A DNA stretch of 64,000 bases from Bacteroidia bacterium. Its GTDB lineage: Bacteria > Bacteroidota > Bacteroidia > UKL13-3. Below the pieces are notes generated by a model, which saw only the letters and a program-made list of their open reading frames with translations, did not search any database and was not told the DNA's origin. Location: NCBI GenBank assembly GCA_044353855.1, contig JBILBF010000003.1, positions 85,628 through 149,627 on the forward strand, written 5' to 3'. This document shows positions 63,158 through 64,000 of this stretch, piece after piece. Numbering within the stretch: position 1 is the first letter of the stretch; each line of letters starts with the position of its first letter. Position numbers and translations under genes: made by a program.

Positions 63158-63616
63158 TTAAAACTTAACCTCCTTCGGCAAAAACTTACTCGTGTCTCCC
63201 CCATTTCTAATCAAGTCTCTAACTACTGAAGAACTAACAGGAGTATAAGCTGGGTCACACATCAAAAAAACTGATTCCACTTGTTCGCTCACCAATTTAT
63301 TCATTTGTGCGATGTTTTTTTCATAGTCAAAATCGCTCATATTACGCAGACCTCTTAAAATATAATGTGCATTTATTTGTTTGCAAAAATCAACAGTAAG
63401 TCCTTCGTATGAAGCAACTGTAATAGTCGGAACTTGTTTGAAAACTTCTTTTATCCATTGTTCACGTTGCTCTAAAGCAAACAATGTAGATTTGGAACTA
63501 TTATTACCTATGCCTATTACAATTTCATCAAACAATGGAATGGCACGTTCCAAAATATTTACATGCCCAACAGTTATAGGGTCAAAAGTGCCTGGGAATA
63601 ATGCTATACGTTTCAT
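63158..63616 (-). CDS. coaD: Phosphopantetheine adenylyltransferase
   Basis: MKRIALFPGTFDPITVGHVNILERA (nucleotidyltransferase T/HxGH motif) and C-terminal …SSVVRD… block. Confidence 0.92.
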   Translation of the reverse strand: MKRIALFPGTFDPITVGHVNILERAIPLFDEIVIGIGNNSSKSTLFALEQREQWIKEVFKQVPTITVASYEGLTVDFCKQINAHYILRGLRNMSDFDYEKNIAQMNKLVSEQVESVFLMCDPAYTPVSSSVVRDLIRNGGDTSKFLPKEVKF

Positions 63617-63693
63617 CGTTAAAATTTGTGTAATTAGTTAAACATGTATTTGATGCTTAACAAATATGGCTAAAGATTTATTGAGAACACTGT

Positions 63694-64000
63694 TTATTTT
63701 ACAAAAATACGAACATCCATGCTTTTGCTATCTTTAATAGCATTCTGGCAAATACCTTTTATATCGATTTGTTCAAATTGATGAATTACGTTTTCACCTT
63801 CTCTCACAATGATTTTATCTGAATTCCAATCAGCTAAAATTAATCTTTTACATGAAAAATTACCCGACTTAACAGTTTTAAGTTTAGGTGTAATAAGAAA
63901 ATAAAAGGGTTTTTGAATTTGAGAACCCTTTATCGTTAATTGATCTATAATAATATTTTGTTTCGTGCTATTCCAATCTCTTACATAAAAAACACATTCT
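63694..64000 (-). CDS. Partial CDS (C-terminal ~100 aa) of a hypothetical protein whose start lies beyond the window end
   Basis: Hand translation of the minus strand is stop-free from 64000 down to a TAA at 63694-63696 (…DIKGICQNAIKDSKSMDVRIFVK*). Not in the ORF track because it is edge-truncated. Confidence 0.35.
   Translation of the reverse strand, partial: ECVFYVRDWNSTKQNIIIDQLTIKGSQIQKPFYFLITPKLKTVKSGNFSCKRLILADWNSDKIIVREGENVIHQFEQIDIKGICQNAIKDSKSMDVRIFVK

Overview
AT-rich (~35% GC) chromosomal segment with Bacteroidetes-type gene content: T9SS CTD cargo, SprE/PorW-like TPR lipoprotein, split F-ATPase operon. It is densely coding and mostly housekeeping. Main blocks: a partial PBP1A gene running off the 5' edge (not in the ORF track); a TPR lipoprotein; bactofilin plus the F1Fo operon atpB-E-F-H-A-G (atpD/atpC not present in the window); HIT and GreA; a three-gene outer-membrane/T9SS module (1264-aa TonB-dependent-receptor-like barrel, 1289-aa protein with a type-A T9SS C-terminal sorting domain, 360-aa FadL-like PorV/PorP-family barrel); 2-hydroxyacid dehydrogenase, MgtE, KsgA, PepA, PdxA, L21/L27; a class III PHA-synthase locus (PhaE-like, PhaC, alpha/beta hydrolase, divergent MaoC/PhaJ hydratase); HtrA, DapF, a 1033-aa SNF2 helicase, HAD hydrolase, LysA, S9 peptidase, DUF4197 lipoprotein, a small TonB-dependent-receptor-like barrel, CCA/poly(A) polymerase-family enzyme, M48 peptidase, ValS; the rpsP-rimM-trmD-rplS operon; Cdd, a saccharopine-dehydrogenase-like enzyme, a GT-C glycosyltransferase, TrmN6-like methyltransferase, an HTTM-domain membrane protein, an ABC ATPase, GatC, PlsC, PyrE, NUDIX, a coiled-coil repeat protein, CoaD, and a partial CDS at the 3' edge. 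No tRNA, rRNA, CRISPR array or transposase/integrase was recognised. Most notable: (i) a near-identical 27-bp (GAAATTC)n heptanucleotide tract sits in-frame and in the same codon phase inside two unrelated genes, valS and the saccharopine-dehydrogenase-like gene; (ii) the class III PHA-synthase locus has an extremely Met/Asn-rich PhaE-like protein and a terminator-like hairpin between phaE and phaC; (iii) a TonB-dependent-receptor-like barrel is co-oriented with a T9SS-secreted giant protein and a PorV/PorP-like barrel. All calls are from reading the translations and DNA by eye; no database searches were run.
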